A DNA stretch of 64,000 nucleotides, from positions 1,568,001 to 1,632,000 of the forward strand of contig OY970178.1 of assembly GCA_963707915.1 (NCBI GenBank), given 5' to 3'. The notes beneath the pieces were generated by a model. The model made no database searches and had not been told where the DNA came from. It was given only the letters and a program-made list of their open reading frames with translations. Numbering within the stretch: the stretch's first letter is position 1; every line of letters starts with the position of its first letter. The DNA is from Candidatus Eiseniibacteriota bacterium (GTDB lineage Bacteria > Eisenbacteria > RBG-16-71-46). Made by a program: the position numbers and the translations under genes. Positions 1-10,800 of this stretch are shown here, piece by piece.

Positions 1-1661
1 CGATAGTACTTGTCTTGGTCGAAGAAGGCCGCATCCACCTGACGGCCTCTATACTGGTGACTGCCCACCGCCTGATAGCTGATCGCGAGCGTATCCGCCA
101 CGATCGACTCCAGGAGGTATCCGCGCTGCTGCGGGTTGGTCGAGTCGTTCTCCACGCCAGCCTTCAGCACCCGGAACCGGCGCTGCACGTCGCGGAACTG
201 GATCTTCGTCGTCTCGCTGCGCCCCACGGGACCACGCTTTGGGGCGGCCGGCGCAGACCCCCTCGCGAGCGCGACCTCCGAGCGGATGGCACGCCACCAG
301 AGAAACGTTCGTGGTGCATGCGCCGCAGCCAAGTCGAGGACGTCGTCTGCACGCGCCAGGTCCCCGACCGTCCCGCGTCTCAGATACACGCGAGCAATGT
401 TCGTGAGAATCACGGGGTCAGTTGGCCGCAGGCGCTTGGCGATTTCGTAGAGCCGCAGCGCCACGTCATCGTCCTCCATGAACCTTGCTGCAAACGTCCC
501 CAACGCATTCCACACCGATGCATCTGCAACGCCGAGCGAGAATGCCGTCCTCAGCGGAGCGCGATCTCTGCCGTCGAGAGCAGTTTCGGCGCGGGAGACG
601 ATCTCCACCCAGGACGACACCGGCTCGATCGAAAGCCGCTGAAGCGTCAGGTCAGAGCTCTCCCGGCGCCCCAACGCTGCTTGGGTGAAGGCAAGCGCGC
701 AGAAGATCCTGGCATTTTCGTACCCCGCACCGGCCGCTTCCGAGAGCAGCGCAAAGGCTGAATCGAGGGCCGCCTTCGTTGTCTCCTCGGGGTACCCGTT
801 GAACCACATCTGCACGGCGGCCTCACCCAGGACGAATGACTCCGATAGCCCTCGGCGGCGATGTGCGTAGTCCTTGAGCATGTAGTCCCGGAACACAGAC
901 ACCGCCTGGGCCGGGCGATACGACAAGCGATAGAACCGAGCGAGGACGAGGAGGGCGACCGCCCCACCGCTCTGGCAAGCCCGCACGATCGAGTCCTCAG
1001 CGCGCTGCAGGGCCCGATAGCAGTCCTCATCGCTCGAAGCCCACCGAGCCGACGCCCAAAGCGCCTGGCCGAGCTCGAGGTGTGCAAAGGGATCCGCCGG
1101 GCATTCCGTTGTCGCGAGTTCAGCACATCGAATGGCTTCGGCGATCCTTGTCGCTCTTGTCTCCCGCGGTGTGATCATCGCCTGGCAGCGAATCAAGGAG
1201 GACCTCTGGCTCAGCGCTTGAGCGCGGTCGTGTGCCGGCAGTTCCGCGGTCGCCACGATCCCTCCAAGCATCTGCGAGACCTGGGCAAGCGCAGAGACCA
1301 TGGTGGGCCTGTCCTCATGCGCATACATGTCGTAGAAGTGATCCACGATGCGGTTTGCGAAGCTGATCGCGACACGAGACGATGCACCTCCGGAATGCGC
1401 TCGTCGCCTGCACACCTCTATGGCCTGTCTTCGGAGGGCAAGCCGCGCATCCGCATCACCTTCCATCGCCGCCAGGTCTGCCAAGGCAGCTGACGCCACG
1501 GTCGCGGCCTCATCGGCTTCCCCGACACTGCGGTCGACATGTTGGGCGTCAGACACGATCTGACGCAGGGCGGCGCGGGCCACAGGGGCGGATAGCTCGG
1601 AACGTGCACTGGCAAGGCACATCTGCAGATCTTGGAGTGTCAGGATCTTCCTCTCAGCCAT
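1..1661 (-). CDS. TPR/helical-repeat protein with C-terminal Mrr-like restriction endonuclease domain (partial, runs off left edge; not in ORF track)
   Basis: Manual translation: ATG at 1661 with AGGAG upstream and no stop down to base 3 (>=553 aa, MAERKILTLQ...). TPR-like segments DPFAHLELGQALW and ASVWNALGTFAARFMEDDDVALRLYEIAKRLRPTDPVILTNIARVYL are followed by NPQQRGYLLESIVADTL...GRQVDAAFFDQDKYYR. Confidence 0.8.
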   Translation of the reverse strand, partial: MAERKILTLQDLQMCLASARSELSAPVARAALRQIVSDAQHVDRSVGEADEAATVASAALADLAAMEGDADARLALRRQAIEVCRRRAHSGGASSRVAISFANRIVDHFYDMYAHEDRPTMVSALAQVSQMLGGIVATAELPAHDRAQALSQRSSLIRCQAMITPRETRATRIAEAIRCAELATTECPADPFAHLELGQALWASARWASSDEDCYRALQRAEDSIVRACQSGGAVALLVLARFYRLSYRPAQAVSVFRDYMLKDYAHRRRGLSESFVLGEAAVQMWFNGYPEETTKAALDSAFALLSEAAGAGYENARIFCALAFTQAALGRRESSDLTLQRLSIEPVSSWVEIVSRAETALDGRDRAPLRTAFSLGVADASVWNALGTFAARFMEDDDVALRLYEIAKRLRPTDPVILTNIARVYLRRGTVGDLARADDVLDLAAAHAPRTFLWWRAIRSEVALARGSAPAAPKRGPVGRSETTKIQFRDVQRRFRVLKAGVENDSTNPQQRGYLLESIVADTLAISYQAVGSHQYRGRQVDAAFFDQDKYY

Positions 1662-1976
1662 CGAGGGGCTCCTATGCTGCGGTTGTAACGCCCACGCCGA
1701 ATGCACCTACGTCGGCGAGGACACGCCCAACCCAAAGCTGGATGACCACACGGAGGTCGATATGCCAGTGTGGCCATCTTGGACATTCGGCTACTCTACT
1801 ATCAGAGCTGCTGCGGTGCAGGACCGGCGCGGCCGGCGCGTAGGGGACAGGGTAGCGTATGGCACTCGCCGGACCGACCGTTGTTGCACATCGAGGCCAT
1901 CTTCAAGACGTTCGCAAGAAGCCACGAATCGTGCGATCCTACGCTTCGCATGGACGGCTGGCAATCGCACGCTTAG

Positions 1977-3670
1977 CCAGCATTACTCGTGAATCGTAGT
2001 GAACACGAAGGCCTCCGTGTGGTAGAAAGGCTGTGTCGATGCAACTTTCTTCCACGGACGGAAGTCTTCGCGTGCGCCACTCTACCACGACACCGCGTCT
2101 GCTGTTCCCGAGTCCTTTCAGCCGGTCGCTGCCCGCCACCTTCGACGTCCCCAACGCCAGTTCCGACGGCGGCGCAGTGCTGCTCAAGGCGGCCGATCGC
2201 CGGCTTGGCCTGATCCCGCGACTGGCGGCGGCGCTGGTCGACGAGCGGCAACCTGGCAAGGTGCTCCACGCCCTCGCGGACCTGCTCGGCCAGCGCATCT
2301 ACGGCCTGGTGCTTGGTTACGAAGACGCCAACGACGCCGCGCGACTGGCCGACGATCCCCTGCACAAGCTCTTGCTCGACCGCAACCCGGTCACGGGCGA
2401 TGCCCTGGCTTCGCAGCCGACGCTGTCGCGGTTCGAGAACGACGTCAGGCGTGGCGAGTTGCTGCGGATGAGCGAGGCGCTGTTCGAGGCGGTGCTGGCG
2501 CGACATGCGCGCCGCCGCCGCAAGGTGCGCCGCATCACCATCGACCTCGATGTCACCGACGATCCCACGCACGGTGCCCAGCAGTTGGCGTTCTTCAACG
2601 GCTTCTACGGCAGCTGGTGCTACCTGCCGCTGCTGGCGTTCCTGACCTTCGACCGTGAGTGCGAGCAGTACCTGTGCGCCGCTGCACTGCGGCCGGGGAA
2701 CGCAGCCACCCAACGCGGCACGCTGACCCTGCTCACCCGCATCGTCGGCCGCCTGCAGGAGCGCTTCCCGAGCGCCCGCATCCTGGTGCGCCTTGATGGC
2801 GGCTTCGCCGCGCCCGAACTGTTCGAGTTCCTCGACTGCGTCGGCGTCGACTACGTGGTTGCGATGGCCAAGAACGACCTCCTTGAACGCCAGGTCGACC
2901 TTGACATGGTCGTCGCCCGCGTGCTCATTGAGTCCTCCGGCCAGACCGGGCACGTCTACACCGACTTCCGCTACGCCGCCGGCACCAGGAGCCACGAGCG
3001 TCGGGTCGTCTGCAAGGCCGAGGTGGTTCGGCTCGAATGGCGCAAGCCGCGCCTGAATGCGCGCTTCGTGGTCACCAACCTGCCGGGTAAGCAGCAGCGG
3101 ATCTACGAGCGCATCTATTGCCAGCGGGGCGAGGTCGAGAACCGCATCAAGGGACTCTTCGACGTCACCCTCGACCGCACCAGTTGCTCGCGCTTCCTGG
3201 CCAACCAGTTGCGCGTGCTGCTCGCGGCTGCGGTCTACGTGCTGCTGCAGGAACTGCGCCTCGCTGCCCGCGGCACCGCCTGGGCACGGGCGCAGGTCGC
3301 GACGCTGCGACTCGAGCTGCTCACAATCGGCGTTCAGGTCATCGCCTCGGTGCGCCGGCTCGTCCTGCGATTGCCGGCCGCGTTCCCGTACGAGATGGTT
3401 GGCGAGTGATCGCCCTGATGATCGGCGCCGTTCCCGGCTGAGATCGAGCACATCACCCGCATCGCGAAGCCTCGTCGTGATCCTGCGGGGCGGAGCTCTG
3501 TCCGTGTAATCCCTCGAACGCCTCCGCTGCTGCCGTCACTCCCCTCAGATCCGCTCTTGCAGCCCGCCCAGATTTCAGCGCATTCGTGCGTGCGTCTTCA
3601 ATCCACAACATGGCCCCGGCTACTCCGGCGCCTCGACGAGCCGTTGATCAGTAACGAAATGCGAGGTCCG
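1977..3670 (+). mobile_element. IS1380-family insertion sequence, partly degenerate
   Basis: IR-like left end CCAGCATTACTCGTGAA at 1977, preceded by TTAG. No clean right IR was found, so the right boundary is approximate. Confidence 0.7.
2033..3441 (+). CDS. IS1380-family DDE transposase with a frameshift near the C-terminus
   Basis: Motifs SSDGG, GYEDAND, ASQPTLSRFEN, IDLDVTDD, RLDGGF, RGEVENRIK. The ORF stops at 3409, but a plausible tail (RDGWRVIALMIGAVPG) continues in another frame to 3441. Confidence 0.9.
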
Positions 3671-3690
3671 ATCCCTAGGACGGGCAACAC

Positions 3691-5832
3691 CTAGTCTCCA
3701 CTAGGAGCAAGACCGGGCGGTGGCACCACATCCAAGGCCCCAGGGCGCGGCGCGCTGCCTACCCAGGCCTGCTCGACCTTGGACCAGTCGATCCTACGCT
3801 CCTCCTCCCCCGTCCAGACGCTCCAGAACGGCGGGTCGGGCGAGTGAGGTTGCTGCGCCTTCGGGAGCTCCTGGACCTCAACAAGCAGCGGCGCGGGTGC
3901 TGCCCACCCCAGGACGATAGCCCGCCTTGACGGCAGACTCGGCAGATCGCGGAGAAGGGCCCCCAGCCCGTCAGGAACCAAGCTCCTGACGAGCTTCTGG
4001 TCGTGGTCATTGACGATGCGATGCAGCAAGAATGTGTTGCATTGCGAGAGCGCAGTCGGCGACAGCTCCGAAGGGCGCTGCGAGGCCAGCACGAGACCAA
4101 GTCCGAACTTGCGGCCCTCGCGGGCGATACGTTCGAATACGCGGCAGCATGCACGACCTGCGGGCGTGCTTGATTCTGCTGCGAGCTCGCTATGGACGAA
4201 CGTGTGTGCCTCTTCGAGAACGAGGACCGTAGGCAGTTCCTGGCCGGTCTCTCTCCTATGTCGCTGGACTGCCTCGAAGACAATCCTGGCCAACACAGCC
4301 ACGAGGATGTGGACGACCTCAGAGGGTACCAAGGAGAAGTCGACTATGGTAATGGGGCCTGTCGATGCGCTGTCCGCTCCGATGATATCGGACAACAAGT
4401 CGTGGAGAGAGATTGAGCCAGGGTCCTCCGGCTGTAGAATCGAGGCCAAACGGCCGCGGGCCAAGAGGGCGCGGATCCGCAAGTTCAGTGAGTCCACGAA
4501 CTGCGCCAGATCGCGACCACTTGTGTCTGCTGCGAGGGCTTGGACGAAACCGGGAAGTTGATCGACCGCAAAAGGCACTGGGTCGTCTTCGCCCGGTCCG
4601 GGTTCGTCCGCAACAATGCCGACCTTTGTCCCTACAGCCTCCAAGGCGCCGATAACGGACTCGAGGCCTGTCTCGGTGAAGTTGTTGTGCCAGAAGCCTC
4701 CAGTGTCCTTTGCTTTTCCTCTTGCGGCATCTTCGGTCTTCCGGGCCAGCTCCACGACCGCAGTGAGAAGCGGCCGCACGTCTCGGTCTGCAGCATCTAC
4801 GATGAGGGGCGCGAAGTCTCTCACGATGCCTAGGAGGTCATCGGCGAGGCCCTCGCGCCTGCCGAATTGTAGATGATCGCCCGCGTCGAGTTTCGTCTTC
4901 AAAGCGAACCTATATCGTCTTGTGCGACCGCCGATCTTGGTCTCGAGGGGATCCGGGGAACCTCCGGTGGACCGCAGGCGCCGCAGAGCCTCAAACAGAA
5001 TGGGGCGCTGAACTCCAGGAGAGGCCCCGGAGAAGGCCGCCCACTCCTCTCCGTTCCAGAGCCACGCGGGAACCTTCAGTGGACGCCCCGGGTCTCGCGG
5101 CTCGACTTGGAAGAGTCGGATGTTCAGGTCACTGAAGGCAGTGGCATACTCTCCGTTCGGATCAAGCACGATGAAGCGCGCATTAGGCGGGCCCGCGCGC
5201 TTGCTCCTCTCCCGAGCGGCGGCCGCGGCAGCGATTGACCATCGAATGAGCCCGGCAACCGTACAGGACTTGCCAGCTCCGGTGTTGCCGAGGACGGCAA
5301 GATGCCTTCCGAACAGCTTGTCTGGGTCGACGTAGACGGGGGCATTGCCGGCTGTCGGGCACCTGCCTAGGAGGATTCGACCCGTAGTCCGCCCACTCTC
5401 ACCCTCGACTATTGCACGGAGTTGGTCGGGGGTGGGCAGGAGCACGGGGTCCCCGACGGACGGGAAGACATCGACGCCTCGTCGGACCACGAAGGAAGTG
5501 TCAGACTCTGCGTGACGCAACGTCCCAAGGGGTGTGACCGTCATGACCCGGAACGGGAGCGGCAGATCTATAAGTCCGCCAGCCTTCTCTCTCATCCGCA
5601 CCGGATGCGGCAGCCTCTCAATCTGGACCGCCGAGACGATGCCCACAGTGGCGCCAGACTCGTTGGGGACCAGGACATAGCCATTGAGCCGCGGGAACCC
5701 AACAGGAACGCCCGTGTTCAGGGCAGTAGCCTGCGGCGCATCGAGTTCGAGGAGCACCAATATGCGATCGGGGGAAACCTCCTGGACGGTGCCAATCACG
5801 CGGTCACCAAGCATCTGAACCAAGGAGGTCAT
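3691..5832 (-). CDS. herA: HerA/FtsK-family ATPase of a SIR2-HerA defence system
   Basis: N-terminal HAS-barrel-like region, Walker A GNTGAGKS, LDPNGEY, Walker B VLEEAH, IAREGRKFG, ASQRPSEL. ATGA overlap with the SIR2 gene. Confidence 0.92.
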   Translation of the reverse strand: MTSLVQMLGDRVIGTVQEVSPDRILVLLELDAPQATALNTGVPVGFPRLNGYVLVPNESGATVGIVSAVQIERLPHPVRMREKAGGLIDLPLPFRVMTVTPLGTLRHAESDTSFVVRRGVDVFPSVGDPVLLPTPDQLRAIVEGESGRTTGRILLGRCPTAGNAPVYVDPDKLFGRHLAVLGNTGAGKSCTVAGLIRWSIAAAAAARERSKRAGPPNARFIVLDPNGEYATAFSDLNIRLFQVEPRDPGRPLKVPAWLWNGEEWAAFSGASPGVQRPILFEALRRLRSTGGSPDPLETKIGGRTRRYRFALKTKLDAGDHLQFGRREGLADDLLGIVRDFAPLIVDAADRDVRPLLTAVVELARKTEDAARGKAKDTGGFWHNNFTETGLESVIGALEAVGTKVGIVADEPGPGEDDPVPFAVDQLPGFVQALAADTSGRDLAQFVDSLNLRIRALLARGRLASILQPEDPGSISLHDLLSDIIGADSASTGPITIVDFSLVPSEVVHILVAVLARIVFEAVQRHRRETGQELPTVLVLEEAHTFVHSELAAESSTPAGRACCRVFERIAREGRKFGLGLVLASQRPSELSPTALSQCNTFLLHRIVNDHDQKLVRSLVPDGLGALLRDLPSLPSRRAIVLGWAAPAPLLVEVQELPKAQQPHSPDPPFWSVWTGEEERRIDWSKVEQAWVGSAPRPGALDVVPPPGLAPSGD

Positions 5833-7262
5833 TGCGTTGCCTCTCCTTCACCCGAGGACGCACCGCTCTTCTGTTCCGGCAGATGGGGCCTCGCTCGCCT
5901 TGTGAGCAGCTCGACCATACGCCACGTCGTCCGGTCGATGGCTGGCTTGGGCAAGTAGTTCGCTGAGAGCGTCGGAAGGTGACCAAAATGCGGCCCAATC
6001 AACAGCGTTATCTGTTCGTCGCGGCCGCAGCTCTCGCAGAAGCGTGCGATTCGTCCCGCGGCCCCGTCGAAGGACATCACCACTACGTGGGTTGATGGAA
6101 TGGTCAGCATGTCCCGGAGGACCCTGTTTATGTGGTCATCTCCAAACCCATACCCATACGTGAACAGAACGGCGTTGGGCTGGCATGTCGCTGCTGCAAA
6201 GTCTCGGAACAGCTCGGCATAGGGGTACTCAAGGGTCTCAACGTCTTTCGCGGGATTGGGGTAGATCAGGAGGCTGTCGCCAGGTCGCTTTGGAATCGAT
6301 GGATGGCCGGGCACCGCCCCGAATGGAAGTGAGGACCGCTTCACTTCGCGGTTGCCTGAAGGCCCAGCCTCCCACACCCAGTCGATGGAGCCATGGAGCT
6401 TTGTTAGCCGAACTACACCCTCGAGGTAGTGTGGCTCCCCACGCAGCCCCGGCGGGCTGTAGTGGAGATCAATGCTCACACGCGATGAACGAAACACGGG
6501 TCCAAGGGTGCCGACGAAACGGTCGATGACGCGAAGCCCAAGCAAGTCGCAACCGAACTCCACGACGCGATCGTAGTTCGTGGTGAAGATGTGCAGCCGC
6601 TCCCTAGACGCGGTGCGGCTAGCGAAGCTCAACAGGAAGCTACCCAACAGGCGGCGCAGCTCATTGGCCCTGATGGACGGTTCTTCGAGGGCGTGAAGAA
6701 TCCCGCGCTCGGTTTCGAGCACTTCACCGAGAAAGCGTAGGAGCTGCGAATCAAGGGCCGCATCCCATTCAGCTAGCAGGTGAGCGCATTCAACTTGCAG
6801 ACGCGGGGGACTGCCAGCATCGGCACCGGCGACGGCCCCCGAGGCAAGCACCCTCAAGCCTCCCGTCAGATCCCGCACAGCTCGGATCTGGTCCTCAAAG
6901 TTCGGTTCGCCGCGGCCGAGCGATTCGGCACTTGCCTTTGCGGCCCGTTGAACGACGTCAGCGTGCTCACACGCGAAATCAGCCCCATGCATGTCAAGCG
7001 CGCGGCTGCCAGCCTCACTTGCCACGGCCGTAGCCAGTCCACTGCCAAGGAGGAGAGCCAAGTGCTCCGCCTGAAGAAGTGCGGAGAGCCAGGGTTCAAT
7101 CTGCCTGCGATACTCGCGCAATTTCTCCGATGGCGGCTCGTCAGATCCGTTCCATTGGAGGTCTCCAGCGCGAATAACGTGAGTCGGCCACGCCGTCTCC
7201 CCGAGCCCTTCTCTCGGTTGAGCCGTTGAACCAATTGCGGACTCACCAGGCGGATTCGTCAT
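5829..7262 (-). CDS. SIR2-like (SIR2_2) protein, putative NADase effector
   Basis: LLLGSG, FTTNYD, KLHGS and YGYGFGDDHIN motifs. Start placed at ATG 7262 with GAGGAGG RBS (ORF track start 7301). Confidence 0.9.
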   Translation of the reverse strand: MTNPPGESAIGSTAQPREGLGETAWPTHVIRAGDLQWNGSDEPPSEKLREYRRQIEPWLSALLQAEHLALLLGSGLATAVASEAGSRALDMHGADFACEHADVVQRAAKASAESLGRGEPNFEDQIRAVRDLTGGLRVLASGAVAGADAGSPPRLQVECAHLLAEWDAALDSQLLRFLGEVLETERGILHALEEPSIRANELRRLLGSFLLSFASRTASRERLHIFTTNYDRVVEFGCDLLGLRVIDRFVGTLGPVFRSSRVSIDLHYSPPGLRGEPHYLEGVVRLTKLHGSIDWVWEAGPSGNREVKRSSLPFGAVPGHPSIPKRPGDSLLIYPNPAKDVETLEYPYAELFRDFAAATCQPNAVLFTYGYGFGDDHINRVLRDMLTIPSTHVVVMSFDGAAGRIARFCESCGRDEQITLLIGPHFGHLPTLSANYLPKPAIDRTTWRMVELLTRRARPHLPEQKSGASSGEGEATQ

Positions 7263-7357
7263 TAGTGCCTCCTCGAGGAAGTCACGAGCGCGTTGGATCA
7301 CACGCCGATATGCGCCGAACTAGCCAGCTCAGCTGTGCGCCAAGGACGCAGGGTACT

Positions 7358-7780
7358 TCAATCGCTTGCGGCCAATGCAGCGATGACGAGCACGCCGACG
7401 ACCACACATAGCCCGACCTGCCCGCTCTGGGCTTGCCCATCAAGTACGTAGGTCGCAAGGTGCTCGCAGTTGTAGTTCAAGGCGTCATAGTCCGGGCGGC
7501 GCTGAAGCACTTCACGCGCTCGAACAACTACTTCTTGCGCCTCTTTGGGAGGTCGTCCCCGATGGACGGAGACCGTCTTGCCAGCTGCAAAAGCTGATAT
7601 AGAAATGACGCGAACGCCGGACTCCTGGAGGTCAATCACTTCATCAGTAGATCTACCGATTCCGGTGACCAGCACGCCATAGTGCGTCATGGGCCCGCGG
7701 AGCTTCGATCGGCTGATAAGGTAGACGCCCGGGGCTACTGGTGAAACCTGTCCGTGTTCATCTCGTAGAACGACGCTCAT
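7358..7780 (-). CDS. LRAT/PLAAT-like (permuted NlpC/P60) protein with C-terminal hydrophobic tail
   Basis: HYGV, YDALNYNCEHLAT (NCEH motif), C-terminal LCVVVGVLVIAALAA. Start uncertain (7780 or 7843). Confidence 0.8.
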   Translation of the reverse strand: MSVVLRDEHGQVSPVAPGVYLISRSKLRGPMTHYGVLVTGIGRSTDEVIDLQESGVRVISISAFAAGKTVSVHRGRPPKEAQEVVVRAREVLQRRPDYDALNYNCEHLATYVLDGQAQSGQVGLCVVVGVLVIAALAASD

Positions 7781-7885
7781 TTCAAGCCTCTCCGCCGCAC
7801 TGTTGTCGTGACCCCGGATGCTCTGTGCTTCTCTCAGGAACAAACCAGTCGGGTAACGGTCGTCTGTCAGCCACGAGCGCCCCGT

Positions 7886-10800
7886 TCAGCTGTGACCGTC
7901 CTCAAACCACTGCGCATCGCTCCGCACCCGCTGCGCCTCCTCCTTCCCCACCAACCACCGCACGATTCGGCTGAAGTGCGACGCCATGGCCTCACGGTCA
8001 TCAAGGTCGCTGTGCGGGATGGCGATGACCTCGTAGCCACGGGCCCGCAGTTCCTCCCGAATCGCTCGGTCTCTAGCGGCGGTCTCGGGGTTCCCGTGCA
8101 GCTTGCCGCTCAGTCCATCGAGATAGACACAGACGCTCGGAGTGTCTGAGTCACCGGGGAAGTATGCATCCGGCGTGGTCGAGCCGAGTGGCTGGCCCAG
8201 GTGAATCTGGTGCTGCCACTCGAAGGCCGGCAGGCCTGCACGCAGCATCATCTGCCGCAGGCGCTCTTCGCCCTCATTCACGGGCTGCGCCGTTCCCTTC
8301 GGCGCGTCGGCCTGCATCCTGGGCGGGATGGGATGGGCCGGTGCCAACTCATTGCCCCAGCTCTTCAGCCGCTCCGCGGCCAACTTGCGATTCAAGTGCT
8401 GGTGGAAGAACGCATTCCGGAAGGTCTGCAGGCAATCTACGCAGGAACGCCCGCAGGCTGACGGACATCCATCCACGGCTTCGAGCGCGGCCTCGACAAC
8501 CTCCGGCCAGCGCGCACAGGCCTGCTCCAGCAGGCCTGACCCTCCGGGCATGGGATCATAGAGGAATCCGTCGACTTCCTCGGTGCCGGCGTGGGCGACC
8601 ACGAGGAGCTCCAAGTCCTCGCGCTCCATCTCGAGGACCTGGGCCATCCCAATCCGGAGCGTTTCCAGCACCGAGAACGCCTCCTCGCGCCCCGTGCACC
8701 CCTGCAGAGTCAGAGCATCGGCCGTCACCTCGGCGAAGAAGCCAACGTGGTCCACGGGCTTGCCGTAGCGATCCTGCTGGTTCTTGGAGAACTCTTGGAG
8801 CTCGCGATCAGAACTGAAGGGAGACCGGCACTGGCCACTTAGGAGCGAGACGGGATAGCCCAGAGTGCCCTGCTGCATTCTCGATGCGGGCCCCACATTC
8901 ACCAGGCGCATGAGGAGATTGCGGCGGAACAGCAGCTCCCGGGCGCCCCACATATAGGCCTGGCCAGGACCGTGTCGCTCCAGCTCCTCGCCATAGACCG
9001 CCACAGGCAGCTGGAAGCGGTGCTCCTCCTCATCCGTGATCCGGGATTGGTGAGCCAGGTCGCAGTCGCAGATGGGCACCGCTTTCAGGCCGATGGCGCC
9101 GAGCGCAGCAAGGGCACCCTCCGACGGCCTCCCGACTTCCCTGACCGCGCCCTTCGCGGTGTCTACCTCGAACAACAGAGGCTCGGTCGCCTCCAGATGG
9201 AAGTAGCGTGGCACGAAGCGGTGGCCGTTTGCGTAGAGGAGATTCCCCGGCACGTACTCGCGCAACGCGGTCGCCGGGGGGCGTGGCAGATCGAAGTCGT
9301 CCAGCGTCCCAATCATCCTGGGCATGATGGCGGTGCCGACGATCTGGCCGGTCTCAAGGCCATAGCCGGGCAGGAAACCTTCCACCGCCAGCACACCGTA
9401 GGTGTTGGTGTCGTCGTAGCCCTCGGTGTCGCGGCGCCGCCTAGTCTCGACGCCCTTGAGGCGCTTCACGATCACGGTGCAGCGGTCATAGAGCGCCTGC
9501 TCGTCAGGATCGAGTGCGCCCTTCTGGCTCCGCACCGTCTCTAAGCGGCTCATCTGCCTCAGACACCAGTCCAGTCGCTTCTTCAGGGTGGTGATCACGC
9601 GCTCGAGCTCGGCCGCCATTCCAAGCACGCAGGCCTCGAGGCGCTCCGCGGCCACGACCTCGGCGTCCGACTCCGGCCATCTGTCACGGAACGTTCGTGT
9701 GACGGATCCGACCAAGTCCGGAGCATGCTTCGTGACGACTGTGTTGAGCGTGGAAACATCGTAGGGGCCGGTCCGCACCATCCCCGACTCGTTGAACAGG
9801 TACTCCTTCACTCTCGGCGGGAGCGCATTCTTCAGCGCGTCCTGGATCTCAGTGCGGTCGAACTCACCCAAGCCGCCTTCTGTTTGCGTCAGATGGTGAA
9901 GCCGCGTGAGCACAGCCGCACGGACGTGTTTGCCAACCATTACCTCGTTTCGCAGGTTGAAGCGCGGCGGCTCGACGCGCCCGTGAAGGAGCTTCAGCGG
10001 CTCGGCGAAGTAGGCGCGATCGTGGCTGGTGTCGCGCGCATAAGTGATGTTCACCGCCAGCCGGTGTCGCCGACCGGCTCGGCCCACCCGCTGCCAGTAG
10101 TTCGCCGGAAGAGGGGGAACGTTTCGGAGCAGGACGGTGTCCAGCCCGCCAATGTCGACCCCCATCTCCAGGGTCGGCGTGCAGACGAGGGTGTTGACGG
10201 CCTCGCCAGTCCCCTTGAACTGCCGTTCAAGACGCTCCCGAACGTCACCCGGAACCTGCGCCGAGTGCTCGGCCGGTCTGAGCATGGCGAACCGTTGGTC
10301 GAGGGCAATGAGGTCGTAGTTCTCCTCATCCTTGGCCTCGAAGGAGAGCTGCCCATCGCAGCGCCAGGCGAGGCATCGGTCGTTCGGAGTCGGGCGCACC
10401 TGCGCGCGCCGGCACCGGGAGCAGCGCCATCGTCCGCGATGCGGCGCGATGAGCAATCGATCAGCGTCGATCTGCCTTACCCCGCCGCAGTTGGGCAGCG
10501 CCCTGCCCTTCGATCCGGTCAGCGTCACAGGCGCCAAGAGCTGAAGCTCTGCGGACAGCAGTTCCCACAGCTCCCGGAGGAAATCCTCGACGTGGTCCTC
10601 ATCCACGCCGAACGCTCGCGCCGCCTTGCGCAGGGTCGTGTCCCCGCGGGCGCTGATCCACTGTGCGACGCGACCACGGTCGTCCTCGGCGGCACGCTCG
10701 AACTTGAGTCCCTTTGGGACTCCCCGAAGAAGTGGCAGATAGCCGCGCTGAATCTCGCGGTCCCCATCCTGCCAGTAGCGGGAGAAGATCCTTCCATCGC

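Noticed and set aside
15..1493. + strand ORFs 15..761 and 861..1493
   Set aside because: Codon-aligned shadows of the minus-strand TPR-nuclease gene.
7310..7357. Minus-strand GCTGAGCTGGCTAGTTCGGC resembling the 3' end of an integron attC after the LRAT gene
   Set aside because: No complementary left arm, no second copy and no integron integrase; at most a remnant.
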